DNA from: Chrysemys picta bellii
Lineage: Eukaryota
Assembly (NCBI RefSeq): GCF_011386835.1
Contig: NC_088801.1
Location: 74,214,001 to 74,278,000 of the forward strand
Reading direction: 5' to 3'
DNA: 64,000 nt
The translations under genes were made by a program, and so were the position numbers. Below, piece by piece: positions 48,229 through 61,540 of the stretch. Positions within the stretch are counted from its first letter, which is position 1. The number at the start of each line of letters is the position of its first letter. The notes under the pieces are model-generated. The model was not told the DNA's origin. It was given only the letters and a program-made list of their open reading frames with translations, and ran no database searches.

Positions 48229-51200
48229 TCTAATAAATTTGTTAGTCTCTAAGTTATAACAAGGACTGTTAATAGAACACTACGGGCTGTGCTTGACTTC
48301 TCTCTGGAATATTTATTCCATGTGATATTCTTGGCTAAGTTAAATTTCTTTCCCCAAGTTTCTCTTGTCTTATGTCCATCTCACTTCCTTTTCAGACCCA
48401 CCTTATATGGAAACTATGAAGCAGCAGATCAGAAGCTATTTTTTTTAAAACTGTACTTCCTTTCACAGTCCTGTCTACTGAGGCCCATGGAAATGAGAGA
48501 CTGAAAGGACCTGTTTGGTTATTTTTCCATGCCCTGACTAAAGCAAGATTTTCCCCTACAATGTAATCTCAAGAGCTTTGGCTATTTCAGTTTTAAGTGC
48601 CCCCAGTACACTGCTGTTCCAGACAAGCACTTTCAGTTTTATGGAACCAGATCATCAAGAGTGAAAAGTGACGCTGTTCACATGGAGTTATAGAAGCAAC
48701 TTTTGAGACACATGTTCCTTCCGGACCTAATCGGAAATCTGGCTTCAGAAATGATTTTGGACCATCACACCTTTAGTTAGCAGGGAGCAGCAGTGTCACA
48801 AACAGAGCAATCTGTGTTCTACGTGGGGCTATGCATAGCCTTTTATCTGAATACACAGGTCCCCTCGAACCAGAGCATCACAAAAGGGCCATAATGGGGC
48901 TGAAAACGTGTGGGTAAAAAGCCCAGGACCCTCATATAGGGCTAAATTCTCCTTTCCTTTACACTGGTGTAAATCCAGAGTAACATCATTGACTTTGCAA
49001 GGCAGGAGTGGCCCATAAATATCCATAAAATCACAGCATTGTCCTGCTCAATCCCTTTTAAGACTCAGATCTGATAGAACACTTGGCAATGGTGAGGCAT
49101 GCTGAGCCTACAGTACAAATGAACAATAATAGTAATGGACTAACTGTGGATTTACACTGGTGTAGCTGGGACCCCTTTCTCAATGGAAGCAGAGGCATCT
49201 TTGATCGGCCATGTACCCTGTGTGAGGGCCAGTGCAAATGGGTCCAACTTTTCCCACTACACAGCTAAATTATCAGGTGATAAATAAACAAACAAACCAT
49301 TATTAGCCATGGAATAAAAGCGACTAGACCAATGCAGAGCTCGCAATGGTTCCCCTACACTACCAGCATGCATTAGTAAGCAAAGCCCCACAATCTGGAG
49401 GAACCAGCTCTTAGGGAAGGTTGCATGGTGACTGTGCTAAGCCTTTTGACATGCTCCCTGTCCCTCAGGCTCAGAGCAGAGCTGGCTGCAGTGGGAGAGG
49501 AGGGATGTAATGCAGAGATGGTGACCGTTGAGCACCCTGGAGGGAACCGCTAGGAGGCAACAGAAGGGGAACTCAAAGGATGGCCATCAGTGGGTAGAGA
49601 GGTTGGCCAACCAGCTAATTGGTGCTGTGTGAACCTCCTTCTACCAGGTCCACAAAACACAGCAGACCAAGTCCTCAGCTTGTGTAGATCAGCAGTCAAT
49701 AGAGCTCTGCTAATTTACACCAGCTGAGGCTCTGGCCCAGAGACTTCAAAGCCCACTAAGAACATTGATCACAATTCTAATTGGGATCTGTGGACATCCA
49801 TAGACACATGCCCCAAGCAGAAGAGCTTTTACAGGGGAAAACTGCAAGGCTTCCTTGATACAAACCTAGAAATATCAGGGGAATCATTCCTTTGGTGGTT
49901 CCACTGCTAGTTAAATACCAGGAAGTGCAAAGGGGTGTGAATATTTTAATGTTAGTTGAACATTTGAGCCTTCAGCTAGGTCCTGGTCTAACTTAGTTCA
50001 AGTTCTAGATGGAGACTCAGGTTCGCTTTAGACCTGAGTTGGTTCAGTAATCCCTTACAGTTAATTAACCGATGAGGACGTAAGCTCTTTTAGGCAGGCA
50101 ATAGCTTAGTGTTATGTGTGCATGCAGCAGCTAATCTAGTGGGGCCCTGATCCCTGACTGGGGCCTGTAGGCCATACAAATAATTATAAATAAGTAACTA
50201 TGGAGGAACTTCCGTGGCTGGTCGCCAGTCACATGAGCAGATCTTCAGCTAGTGTGAATTGTCAGAGCTCCATTGAAGTCAACGCCAAGTAAGTTGTCAT
50301 GGCTCCATCTGCCACAACTGTAAGCAGGATCTCCCCTTTGTCCATTATCAGAGCTCAGGGTTTTCTTCACATTTCTCTTCTTCTTTGTTTCAGCTCCATG
50401 CGTGCTCAGTTTGTTTCCACTGCCAGTGTGTTCTCAGCTGACCTCACAGCCTCTTGTAGATGACCAAGGAGGGAAACACGGGATCTGGGCCCAGCATTTA
50501 CTCCAAATATTTACCTCATGTGTCACCCGACTCCGCACACAACACTGAACTGACATGAAAAAGCCTGGCAGCCACCACTGAAGTTATGACTTGGCTAGTT
50601 TTGTAACTCAGCAAAAACAGGCGCCTTGTAAATATTGTACTTTGAACTAGCGAAAAGTTGGGTAATTCTATTACGATAGACATCCGAAGGAGAAAGGGAG
50701 GGGAGGCACCTCTGGTATCCTTCCTCTCCCCACTCCCTCCCCCACTCCCCGGCTGCTACATCTCGCTATCATTGAGCCTACTTGAAACCCTGCATTACAA
50801 AGATGCGGCTGCCCCCAGAGTCCCCCAGCTGGATTCTTCGATTGACCGGAGGGGCGTTCCAGAGCCATGGGAGGCACTGCTCCCCATGCCAGGGGCTGAG
50901 CACTCTGGCCCTGCACTGGAAAGGATGCAATCTAAAGTATTTCACTTGCACTGATAGCCAGCGCAGTCCAAAAGCGCTTGCAAACGTTGGGTACAATCCT
51001 GCACTCCTTAGTCACTTCTCCCCTTCAGGGGTGCTCTAATGAACATGGGGGAAAGGGATTACAGGAAGGGAAAAAACACAACAGCTTAATGTGGACAGAG
51101 GCATCAACTGCTTATTAAGCCAAACAGCCATGGGCTCATTCTTGCCCTCATTACAATCACCAGGGCTTGATCCATGCCTACAGAAGTCAATGAAAGGACT

Positions 51201-51891
51201 CTCATTGACTTCAGTGAACATTGGGTCAGACCCCGTTTACAGCTCAGCAACTGCTTTCATTAGCCTGCAATGAGGCCGCTTAAGACAATCTGCTGCCCTA
51301 GGCACAACTTCAATGTGCCGGCACTGCTCCAGCCTCCCTTAGAACAGAGGTTCTCCAGCAGGGAAGGAGAGATGCATCTCCTGGGGGCAGTGTCAAACCT
51401 TCTGAGAAGTGTGGCGAGTCTTCGGTTCAATGGTTATGTAGAAGTCAGAAGGCCAAGTGCCAGGTTACAGCACCACTCATTCAGGTTTGATCTGGCCGCC
51501 CCTCCATCATGATGGGGACGGCCAGGCCAAATCTGAGTGAATAGCATTGCATCCTGGTACATAGGGTCACAGTACCACTCAGGTTTGACCCAGCTGCACC
51601 GGCAGAATCTGGACTTATGGCTAGAGCAGGCCTCTGGTGCACATGTTATGATGTTTTGGTTCAGCTAGTGGGCTTTAGAATAGAGCAGAATGAACCCGAA
51701 AACTTTCTGGGCCTGGAAAACCAGTGTAACTTAAAAAATATCCACTGGGCTTTAGTCACATTGAAAATGTTTCCATCACATTTGTAAATAGAACACACAA
51801 CTCAACTTGATATAACAAGGCCTAAACGTTAGAACTTCCATGGATCAGATCCTCAGCTGGTGTAAATGTTTTTAGACTGTACATTCATAAG

Positions 51892-52005
51892 CAGGGGGGC
51901 CCTACCAAATTCATGGCCATGCAAAATGGTCTCCCCCCATGAAATCTGGTCTTTTGTGTGACCATGAAATTGACCAAAATGGACCGTGAATTTGGTAGAG
52001 CCCTA
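51892..52005. mobile_element. Deletion derivative of the 27483-28254 MITE family
   Basis: GGGCCCTACCAAATTCATGG ... CCGTGAATTTGGTAGAGCCCTA, with shared tggtctcccc..tgaaatct..cttttgtg sequence. Confidence 0.75.
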
Positions 52006-53258
52006 TAAGGATATGGACTGTTCTTTTTGTACAGCTCCTAGCACAATGGATCCATGATCTCTGCTGGGATCCCTAGCTGCTACCATGATAGAAGTAATAA
52101 ATAGGCATGCACCCGTGTATACCGGGTGAGGATCTGGCGCATGTTGTTTTGAAAAGATTCTTCTGTATCATGGGCTCTGGATTATCTCCAGTCTCTAGAA
52201 GGAATTACAGTCTCTTCTGTACATGAGAAAGCAAAGAATGGCTTTTCCAAAACAAAGCTGAATGGAAAAGCCAGCTGTTTGCAGGAAAAGGTGTAAGGAC
52301 AAAGAAGCCATTGCTCCAAAGAATTCAAGTTATTGAGAATAAAGCAGCAGCATGAAATTTGATTCTCCCACCTCTGGTAGTAGTAATGTGACATCTACCA
52401 TTAACTCAAAACTGAGTTAGCTATGTGGACAGACAGGTGGTAGATCATTGGCAGAGAATTCCGTAACAAGATGATACAAATATAAAATCTTCACTGTTTT
52501 GATGTTGCCTAAGTAAAAAAAAATAGCATACGAGAGGTTTATGCGCAGCTGTCTGAACTTCCTACCATCTATGGATCAAAGCCTGACTTTCTAATTCCAT
52601 CTATTGTTCCACTCACTCAAACATGCACATAATATCCTTGCGGCTCTGTTGGATGGACAGGTGTTTATAACATGCATGCAATTACAGGAGATTAACAGAT
52701 TTTAAAAGGTGGGTTATACTCCTGTTAGGAAGTGGTATGTTTCTACCTGAAAAGGAAGCTTTTGCATGAGGACCTTCCAGTCTGGGACGAATAGGCTGCT
52801 CCTTCTTCTTCCTGTTGCTTGGGCAGATGGTCCTATTACTTTTATCTATAGGATGGTAGCACCTACAGATCCCAACTGCAATTGGAACCCCATTGTGCTG
52901 TGTGATGTACAGATATGTAGTGAGAAGTCCCTGCCCCAAAGAGCTTACAATTTAGGACACAAAAGGCGGGTTGGAAGAACACAGGCCAGTGGAGGTGAAG
53001 TGACTCATCTAAGGTCACATGTCTAGGAATAGAGTAGCTTTTACCCTATACTATACTATACAGATTTCAAGGGAGAGACAGATTTCATGGTAGCAGCTAG
53101 AGATCCCAACACTGGCAGCCACTGAGGCCGGAGCAGATGTGGGCTGGAGTAGGGGCTAGCTAGCATGGAAACCGACACGGGCTGGAGCAGAAGCAAGGGC
53201 TACTCAGGGATGCAGTCTGTTGAAACAACTGGCAACGGGAATACTCCCAGCCAGGTAC

Positions 53259-53439
53259 TGTCACGGAAGCAGTCTCACCAGTCCGCTCACTCAGGAGCCT
53301 ATATACCTGCCTTGGGATCACCTGGGTGGGTCCTCACCTGTGGATTGGCTGAATCCTAGTTGAATGGCACGGAGCCTATCACAAGACCTGCAGGTAATTA
53401 ATTGCCTCTGATGCCTCATCACTCTCTGACTCCGTGATA
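53259..53439 (-). mobile_element. Short LTR-like element
   Basis: Inverted termini TGTCACGG / CCGTGATA. CCAAT and TATA-like (GTATATAGG) motifs on the minus strand. No TSD. Confidence 0.35.
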
Positions 53440-54239
53440 GCTCATCAGGTATAAGCAGGCTCAGGCTCAGAGGTAACTCAGGCAAGCTCAGAAGTATCCC
53501 AGGTCTTCTGACTCTCCCCACAGGACCCATCCACTGGACCACACTGCCCCTCCTGACTGGCAAAGAGAGGTCAGAATCAAATCTGGTGTCAGTGGCTCTT
53601 ACTCTGTGGAATTACCTTCTCACCCAGGTCTGAGTCTGGTCAAAGGTCTTCTATGCTACAACTTCCACTTCAGCACTCCTGCTCCTTTTATTCCTCACTC
53701 TCCTCCTATTGACTAAAACCAAGCCAGTTAACTGCAACCTGCCTTGGTGGATTATCACAGTGGTGGACCCCTTCACAGAGATTCACTTGTCTCCTTGGCG
53801 CCTAGAAGCCACTACTGTGCTTTGTCTTTCACATGGTTATCAAGAATTCTGGATGGAAATAATGTTCTATGCCCAGCACTCTCCCAAACCCAGGCCTGGC
53901 AGCAGATTTCAGATAAACAAAGGGCACATTTAGACTAAACTAGCTAGCAGTTCTGATCTCTTCTATTCAAGGTGGCCTCTGAGGAGGCACTAACATCTGT
54001 ACAGGAATGCCTGATAAGGGTGTGTGATCAGATATACAAACTCCACACTAGGCAACATGAGCTAATGTGGGCTCAGGTGGCTCTGCCCCATCAGACCTGT
54101 GAGAAGTGTGAGGAATTTAAGAAGGAGATCCCCAGTTCAGTTAATGGTGGCCTAGGGAGGAGAGCAGGCTTTCAATGCTTGGCTCCTGCCCCAGGCTCCT
54201 TCCTGAGGAAATATTAAGGTTGCAAAGACAAACCTTCAA

Positions 54240-57203
54240 TAGAGAGGGAAGAGCATCTTCACAAGCAGGCTGGCTAACCTAGTGAGGAGGGCTTTAAACT
54301 AGGTTCACTGGGGGAAGGAGACCAAAGCCCTGAGGTAAGTGGGATGCTGGGAGGAAGCATGAGCAGGAGAGCACAAGAGGAGAGAATTCCTGCCTCATAC
54401 TGAGAAAGCAGGATGATCACTGAGTTATCTTAACTGCCTATACACAAATGCAAGAAGCCTGGGAAATAAGCAGGAAGAACTGCAAGTCCTGGCACAGTCA
54501 AGGAATTATGATGTGATTGGAATAACAGAGACTTGGTGGGATAACTCACATGACTGGAGCACTGTCATGGATGGATATAAATTGATCAGGCAGGGCAGAA
54601 AAGGTTGGGGAGTTGCATTGTATGTAAGAGAGCAGTATGACTGCTCAGAGCTCCGGTATGAAACTACAGAAAAACCTGAGAGTCTCTGGATTAAGTTTAG
54701 AAGTGTGAGCAACAAGGGTGATGTCATGGTGGGAGTCTGCTATAGACCACCAGACCAGGGGGATGAGGTGGACGAGGCTTTCTTCCAGCAACTAACAGAA
54801 GTTACTAAATCACAGGCCCTGGTTCTCATGGGAGACTTCAATTACCCTGATATCTCCTGGAAGAGAAATACAGTGGTGCACAGACAATCCAGGAAGTTTT
54901 TGGGAAGTGTAGGGGACAATTTCCTGGTGCAAGTGCTGGAGGAACCAACTAGGGGCAGAGCTCTTCTTGACCTGCTGCTCACAAACAGGAAATAATTAGT
55001 AGGGGAAGCAAAAGTGGATGGGAACCTGGGAGGCAGTGACCATGAGATGGTCGAGTTCAGGATCCTGACACAAGGAAGAAAGGAGAGCAGCAGAATACGG
55101 ACCCTGGACTTCAGAAAAGCAGACTTTGACTCCCTCAGGGAACTGATGGGCAGGATCCCCTGGGAGAATAACATGAGGGGGAAAGGAGTCCAGGAGAGCT
55201 GGCTGTATTTTAAAGAATCCTTATTGAGGTTGCAGGAACAAACCATCCCAATGTGAAGAAAGAATAGTAAATATGGCAGGCGACCAGCTTGGCTTAACAG
55301 TGAAATCCTTGGTGATCTTAAACGCAAAAAAGAAGCTTACAAGAAGTGGAAGATTGGACAAATGACCAGGAAGGAGTATAAAAATATTGCTCAGGCATGC
55401 AGGAGTGAAATCAGGAAGGCCAAATCACACTTGGAGTTGCAGCTAGCAAGAGATGTTAACAGTAACAAGAAGGGTTTCTTGAGGTATGTTAACAACAAGA
55501 AGAAAGTCAAGGAAAGTGTGGGCCCCTTACTGAATGAGGGAGGCAACGTAGTGACAGAGGATGTGGAAAAAGCTAATGTACTTAATGTCTCTGTCTTCAC
55601 GAACAAGGTCAGCTCCCAAAATACTGCACTGGGCACCACAGCATGGGGAGGAGGGGACCAGCCCTCTGTGGAGAGAGAAGTGGTTCAGGACTATTTAGAA
55701 AAGCTGGATGAGCACAAGTCCATGGGGCCGGATGCCCTGCATCCAAGGGTGCTAAAGGAGTTGGCGGATGTGATTGCAGAGTCATTGGCCATTATCTTTG
55801 AAAACTCATGGCGATCGGGGGAGCTCCCGGATGACTGGAAAAAGGCTAATGTAGTGCCCATCTTTAAACTACAGGCCAGTCAGCCTCACCTCAATCCCTG
55901 GAAAAATCATGGAGCAGGTCCTGAAGGAATCAATTCTGAAGCACTTAGAGGAGAGGAAAGTGATCAGGAACAGTCAGCACGGATTCACCAAGGGCAAGTC
56001 ATGCCTGACTAACCTAATTGCCTTCTATGAGGAGATAACTGGTTCTGTGGATGAGGGGAAAGCAGTGGATGTGTTATTCCTTGACTTTAGCAAAGTATTC
56101 TTGCTGGCAGGTTAAAGAAGTATGGGCTGGATGAATGGACTATAAGGTGGATAGAAAACTGGCTAGATCGTCAGGCTCAACGGGTAATGATCAATGGCTC
56201 CATGACTAGTTGGCAGCTGGTTTCAAACGGAGTGCCCCAAGGGTCGGTCCTGGGGCCGGTTTTGTTCAATATCTTCATTAATGATCTGGAGGATGGCGTG
56301 GACTGCACCCTCAGCAAGTTTGGAGGTGACACTAACCTGGGAGGAGTGGTAAATATGCTGGAGGGTAGGGATAGGATACAGAGGGACCTAGACAAATTAG
56401 AGGATTGGGCCAAAAGAAATCTGATGAGGTTCAACAAGGACAAGTACAGAGTCCTGCACTTGGGACGGAAGAATCCCATGCCCTGCTACAGACTAGGGAC
56501 GAAGTGGCTAGGCAGCAGTTCTGCAGAAAAGGACCTAGGGGTCACAGTGGACGAGAAGCTGGATATGAGTCAACAGTGTGCCCTTGTTGCCAAGAAGGCT
56601 AATGGCAATTTGGGCTGTATAAGTAGGGGCATTGCCAGCAGATCGAGGGATGTGATCATTCCCCTCTATTCGACATTGGTGAGGCCTCATCTGGAGTACT
56701 GTGTCCAGTTTTGGGCCCCACATTACAAGAAAGATGTGGAAAAATTGGAAAGAGTCCAGCAGAGGGCAACAAAAATGCCTAGGAGGATGGAGCACATGAC
56801 TTATGAGGAGAGGCTGAGGGAACTGGGATTGTTCAGTCTGCAAAAGAGAATAATGAGGGGGGGGATCTGATAGCTGCTTTCAACTACCTGAAAGGGGTTT
56901 CCAAAGAAAATGGATCTAGACTGTTCTCAGTGGTAGCAGATGCCAGAACAAGGAGTAATGGTCTCATGTTGCAGTGGGGGAGGTTTAGGTTGGATATTAG
57001 GAAAATCCTTTTTCATTAGGAGGGTGGTGAAGCCCTGGAATGGGTTACCTAGGGAGGTGGTGGAATCTCCTTCCTTAGAGGTTTTTAAGGTCAGGCTTGA
57101 CAAAGCCCTGGCTGGGATGATTTAGTTGGGGATTGGCCCTGCTTTGAGCAGGGGGTTGGACTAGATGACCTCCTGACGTCCCTTCCAACCCTGATATTCT
57201 ATG
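54240..57203 (+). mobile_element. CR1 LINE, 5'-truncated (end of ORF1, ORF2, 3' UTR)
   Basis: ORF1 tail agagggaagagcatcttc...agggctttaaactag. APE motifs [44 protein letters not shown] motifs [45 protein letters not shown]. 3' end attctatga. Confidence 0.97.
54429..57125 (+). pseudogene. Disrupted CR1 ORF2 (endonuclease / reverse transcriptase)
   Basis: In-frame stops at 54993-54995 and 55254-55256. Frameshifting deletions near 55868 and 56095. FADD is mutated to FGGD. Confidence 0.93.
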
Positions 57204-59611
57204 ACTAGTTAGGAAATGCCAGAATTAAAGCTGCCTATGCAATCTTAGGTTGGCCCCCTTGTGCATATGCATGATATCTTTAGGTATCTAGTCATGTCTG
57301 TACATGGCTTTTAGCTCCTTGGTGAAAGGCGCTATGTGAATGCAGAATACTCTTACCATAATATGATCCACTGTATTTCAAATGCATTTGTAATATAGCT
57401 GTTCAAAAGTGTTCAGTCAAGCATTTTTTAATTAAAACAAGCTTTGACAAAACTGAGGGTGGGGTTTCCTGGTGAAAAGTTCTACTTGCTTAAAATGTTT
57501 GGGTTTTTATTGAAAAACAATAATCAAACCAAAGTTCTGATTTGTGAATTTTGTTTTTTTTTAAATGATTTTTTTCAAAGAAATAATTCCATGAAAAAAT
57601 GTTCATTTTTCACACAAAAACAACCTCCCAACCACCTCTAATTTCTAAGGCTGCATTTCTATAGTGCAGCTACATAATGGCAGACAAGATACCTGAGCAC
57701 ATGCCTAACTTTAAGCCCACGAGTCACCTCATTGTAGTCAATTGGACAATTTATATGCTTAATATTAGGCTCATAGTTAAGTACGTTGCTGTACCCGGGG
57801 CCTAACTCTTGTTGATTTGGATATTGAGGGTCTGAGGAACTTCAGCTTTTTGTATAATATCACAATAGCGCTGGCAAAGGAAATTCATTACGTTCCACAG
57901 CTCACTTCAAACCCTCAGGAAAGACTAGCCAGGAAGACAGTTGTTTTGCTTGTACTGCATTCATGTTAGAATCTCATCGCTTCTTTTTCTGTTGTATAAA
58001 ACCAATAAAAAAAAATAAGCCTTTGTCCACTTTGATTGCAGTGGCTTATGTGAGACAAGCTTTGATGCAGTGGAAGGAAATCATTTATTTTATACCTTTG
58101 ATGCAGGACAGACACAACTAATATAAAACAGGATACACAGGAGATAGGGCAGGGTGTGGGGAGCCTTAACTTTGGCTTAAAATCAACAGTCTGTTTAATT
58201 TTTATGTTAAGTTAACTTCTCCATTATTATCATTGAACTAAATCATTTTTTCCACAGTATTGATTTTAGTTCCCTTTAGAAAGAGATGAAAATGAGAAAC
58301 GTCTTGTAATCAACTTTCCAGAAAATAAATGCAAATCCTGGACAGTGTTCTAAAACAGAACATGCCCCCCTTGGCAATCTTTCCCAAGAACAATGATTTG
58401 ATATGACTTTGAAAACAAAGAGCTGGATGTCTTATTTGTTCACTATTGCAGTGGTAGATTCCATTTCTATTGTTATACTAAAATATAATACACACGTGGT
58501 ATAACTGCGTTGGCAAGATTCTCATAGGCTGACTGCCCTAAAAGAAGTCAGCACTTAATATGAATAGAATAAATACCACATAAAATAGTTCTACATCTCC
58601 TCTGCAAGTGTTTCACCAGCATTACGGACCAAAGGTCCATTTAAGTCAATGGGAGTTTTGCTGTTGACTTTGGGGCCTATCTTCATGAGCTTAGCACCAA
58701 TAGAGAGCACTGGATTCTCCAAAGTGCTCAGCAGAGAACGTGTTCGGTTCTTTTGAAAGTCTGGCTACTAATCTTGGTGCCTAAATGGGAACTGAGCTTT
58801 TTTGAGAATCTATCCCTAAAAGTTGCAGGGAGCCACTAAACCCGTTGGTATTAAAGAATCTACATTTGCCAACAGCTATCACAGTGTTACCTGAGACTGT
58901 TTCCTCAAGGTTCATATCAGGAGGGGATGCCTCATGGAAGGCTTCTTGTAGGTCCAGGAATCCACACTGGGCAGTTGTTTGGCCCGGGAAGAGAGGCCTG
59001 CTAAATTTCTACCTAAACACAGCCCCTCCAGGTGACATCATCTTTTTGCAGCTCTCTGTATGTGGTTGGGGAACCAGACAGACACCAGCTGTGGAAAGCC
59101 TGCTAGAAAAGGCCATAAAGGCACAGGACCTTGGCACACGTGCCCTGGTGTCCCTCAGAGGCATCTCAGGCCAGCCAAATGTTTTGTAAGCCAATCCCAT
59201 GGCCTGTTCTGCAGGGAAGCAAATCCCACCCTTCTGATGGGACTGTTGGAAAGAGAGCTTCACAAATAAATCCCTCCCTTGAGCCCTTTCCCATGCTTTT
59301 TCCAATAAGGGGGGGAGGGGCTGCGATATGGCCTACAGTTATGTCACATTTTGTCAAATCTGGCCCTGTGTCGAGTGGAATGTGTAACCCTTCCCAGCCA
59401 TACTAGCCTTCAGTCTCAGTGGCATTAAGGGGTAACTGATGAGGATCAGCTAGAAACTGACTTATTTTGCCACCATAAAAAATAAGTTGGATATTTCATA
59501 GAGTTTTGTACCAGACCTCAAAATCCTGCTAGATCAGTCTTATGTCCAGAAACTTTTTTTTTTCCAGCCAGGGCCCACCAGAGGCTGTCCACACAGTAGC
59601 TGGGAGGTGTA

Positions 59612-59789
59612 AATCATAGAATAGAATATCAGGGTTGGAAAGGACCTCAGGAGGTATCTAGTCCAACCCCCTGCTCAAAGCAGGCCCAATCCCCAGACAG
59701 ATTTTTTGCCCCAGATCCATAAATAGCCCCCTTAAGGATTGAACTCATAACCCTGTAGACCAATGCTCAAACCACTGAGCTATCCCTCC
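59612..59789 (-). mobile_element. Tortoise-type Pol III SINE (tRNA-derived head, CR1-derived tail)
   Basis: Reverse complement: ggagggatagctcagtggtttgagcattgg (A box) ... gagttcaatcc (B box) ... ctgctttgagcagggggttggactagat..ccaaccctgatattctattctatgatt. The tail matches the CR1 3' end in this window. Confidence 0.92.
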
Positions 59790-59847
59790 AAATCCCAGCT
59801 GGGGTAGACATACATGCACTGGTTCCATTTGAGCTAGCACCTAAACA

Positions 59848-61540
59848 TAGGCTGACCATATTTCCCTGGGCTGAATACAGGACACCTGGTAAAATTACTC
59901 CTATTCAAGCGAGTTCAATGGAAAGAACTATGCAGTACAAACGTTCAAATTAATTAAAAAGAAATATTGCATAGTTGGATTCTTTTTATTTACCTTTAAG
60001 GCTTTAGGGTTCACATAGGGAGGGGTGACACCCACACACTCCCCGTACACCTCTCTCACATGGGGGGGCTGACCGACCAACCAGGCCCTCCCTGCCCAGC
60101 GCTCTCTGCCCTCCATGCCTGGCTTGGCCCCCGGGATGGACCTGCCTCTCCTAGAACCTGATGCCGCGTCTTCCCGAGGCAACACGCGCCTCTCCCCCGC
60201 CCAGATTTCTGCCAGGGTTCATACCAGAAAGTGGCCAGCAGCAGCCTTTCAGCACGGTGCAGGAGAGAAGGGATGGGAGCTGCTTCCAGCCACAGAGCAG
60301 AGGGTTGGGGGGAGGGATGACCTGGCCTGTGTTTTTTGCAGAGGTCATCTCTTCTCTCCCCACCCCTCTCCTGTGCCTGGAAGCAGCTTGTCCCTTCCTG
60401 CCTGCACAATGCCAAAAGGCAGCCAACACCTCCAGGCTGCTGTTGGCCACCGACATAACCCTGCCACCTCCTGTCCCCCAGCTACAGCGCAGGCAGGAAG
60501 GGGTTAAGCCCGAAGGATGCATTGTGCACCGGGGCCCAGGGAACCTGATTGCAGGGGCTTCAGTGAACTGGCCAGAAAGGTGGTTCAGCAGCAGAGGGTG
60601 CCTAGGGGATGGAGCAGCCCTGCGCTCCCTGGGGGCAGGACCCAGGGCAGGGAGGGGAGGGGGAAGAGGATGCTAAGCCACGGCCTGGGGGGCTGCTGTG
60701 GAGTCTGCAGGGTTGGGGTGCGAACAGGCTGGAAATCGCTTTCGCCACCACCACCACCACCCCTCTGCCACTCCAGAGGTGAGCCGAGGGGCAGAGAGGC
60801 TTCCCCGTGCCAGCGCTGTGCGGGGATTTGGCACACGCAGGGCTCGGCTCCTCCTGGCCAGAGGGTCTTGGGCTTTCCCGGGGCTCCGGCCCAGCCAGAG
60901 GTAGTGGGGAAAGGAAGGAGCCTGCAAGCCAAGCTGTTGGCGAGCTGAGCGCTCCGACCAGGGGCTGGTTCTCTGCACAACGCTTGGAGCAGGACACGTC
61001 CCTCTGGGGGGGATATGGAGGAGCAGCGGGGCTTGGGCTGTGAAGGGGCAAAGCAGGGAGAGGACAGCGAGATGGGGGCACATAAAGAGTCGATGGGTGG
61101 GCAGCAGAGGTGACATGTAACCAGCCCCTGCCTAGTGCCTGCCCACACTCACCAGCCACTGCACCTTGCAGTGCACAACCAGTGCTGGCCAGAAACAGGA
61201 CAGGGGACGGGGCCCTGCTGGCCAAAACCCAGAATGCAGCAGGGGCTGCGCTGACGGGACCAGCATGGGACACGGCCGGCCCTGTGTGCTGCAGCTTTGC
61301 CCCGCCACCAGCCTTGCACACCTGTCCCCACCGTTGGCAACTGGACTCCCCCCACTCACTGCTGGTGGGCAGGCAGCTGGCAAGAAGGGATCTGGCCAGC
61401 AGCAGGACCCGCAAGTACTGATGGGGAGGAGACAGAAAATACAGGACAATTTGTCCGTTTTTAAGAAAAAAGTCGGAACACCTGCAGGAGGGCTTAAATA
61501 CGGGACTGTCCCTTTAAAAACAGGACGTCTGGTCATCCTC
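59848..61540. mobile_element. 1.7-kb non-autonomous hAT-like element with GC-rich interior
   Basis: TIRs TAGGCTGACCATATTTCCC / GGACGTCTGGTCATCCTC with subterminal GGGACA-like repeats. Flanks CCTAAACA / CTGAAACA match at 6 of 8. Confidence 0.75.

Larger units (their letters stand above)
48051..48251 (+). mobile_element. Palindromic Penelope-like mini-element
   Basis: Almost identical to 155-377 in the opposite orientation. Perfect 12-bp TSD AGTTATAACAAG (48039-48050, 48252-48263). Confidence 0.92.

Noticed and set aside
48555-48770. Minus-strand open frame of about 70 codons after an AG
   Set aside because: Length is within chance expectation for 64 kb over six frames. No motif and a weak polypyrimidine tract.
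53972-54217. 81-aa ORF just upstream of the CR1, considered as CR1 ORF1 or an exon
   Set aside because: Lacks CR1 ORF1 esterase motifs, and CR1 similarity starts only near 54240. No supporting partner exons.
54506-56843. Minus-strand ORFs within the CR1
   Set aside because: Antisense shadows of ORF2.
59720-59789. tRNA gene
   Set aside because: A and B boxes are present, but the anticodon arm is deleted and the head is fused to a CR1 tail, so it is a SINE.
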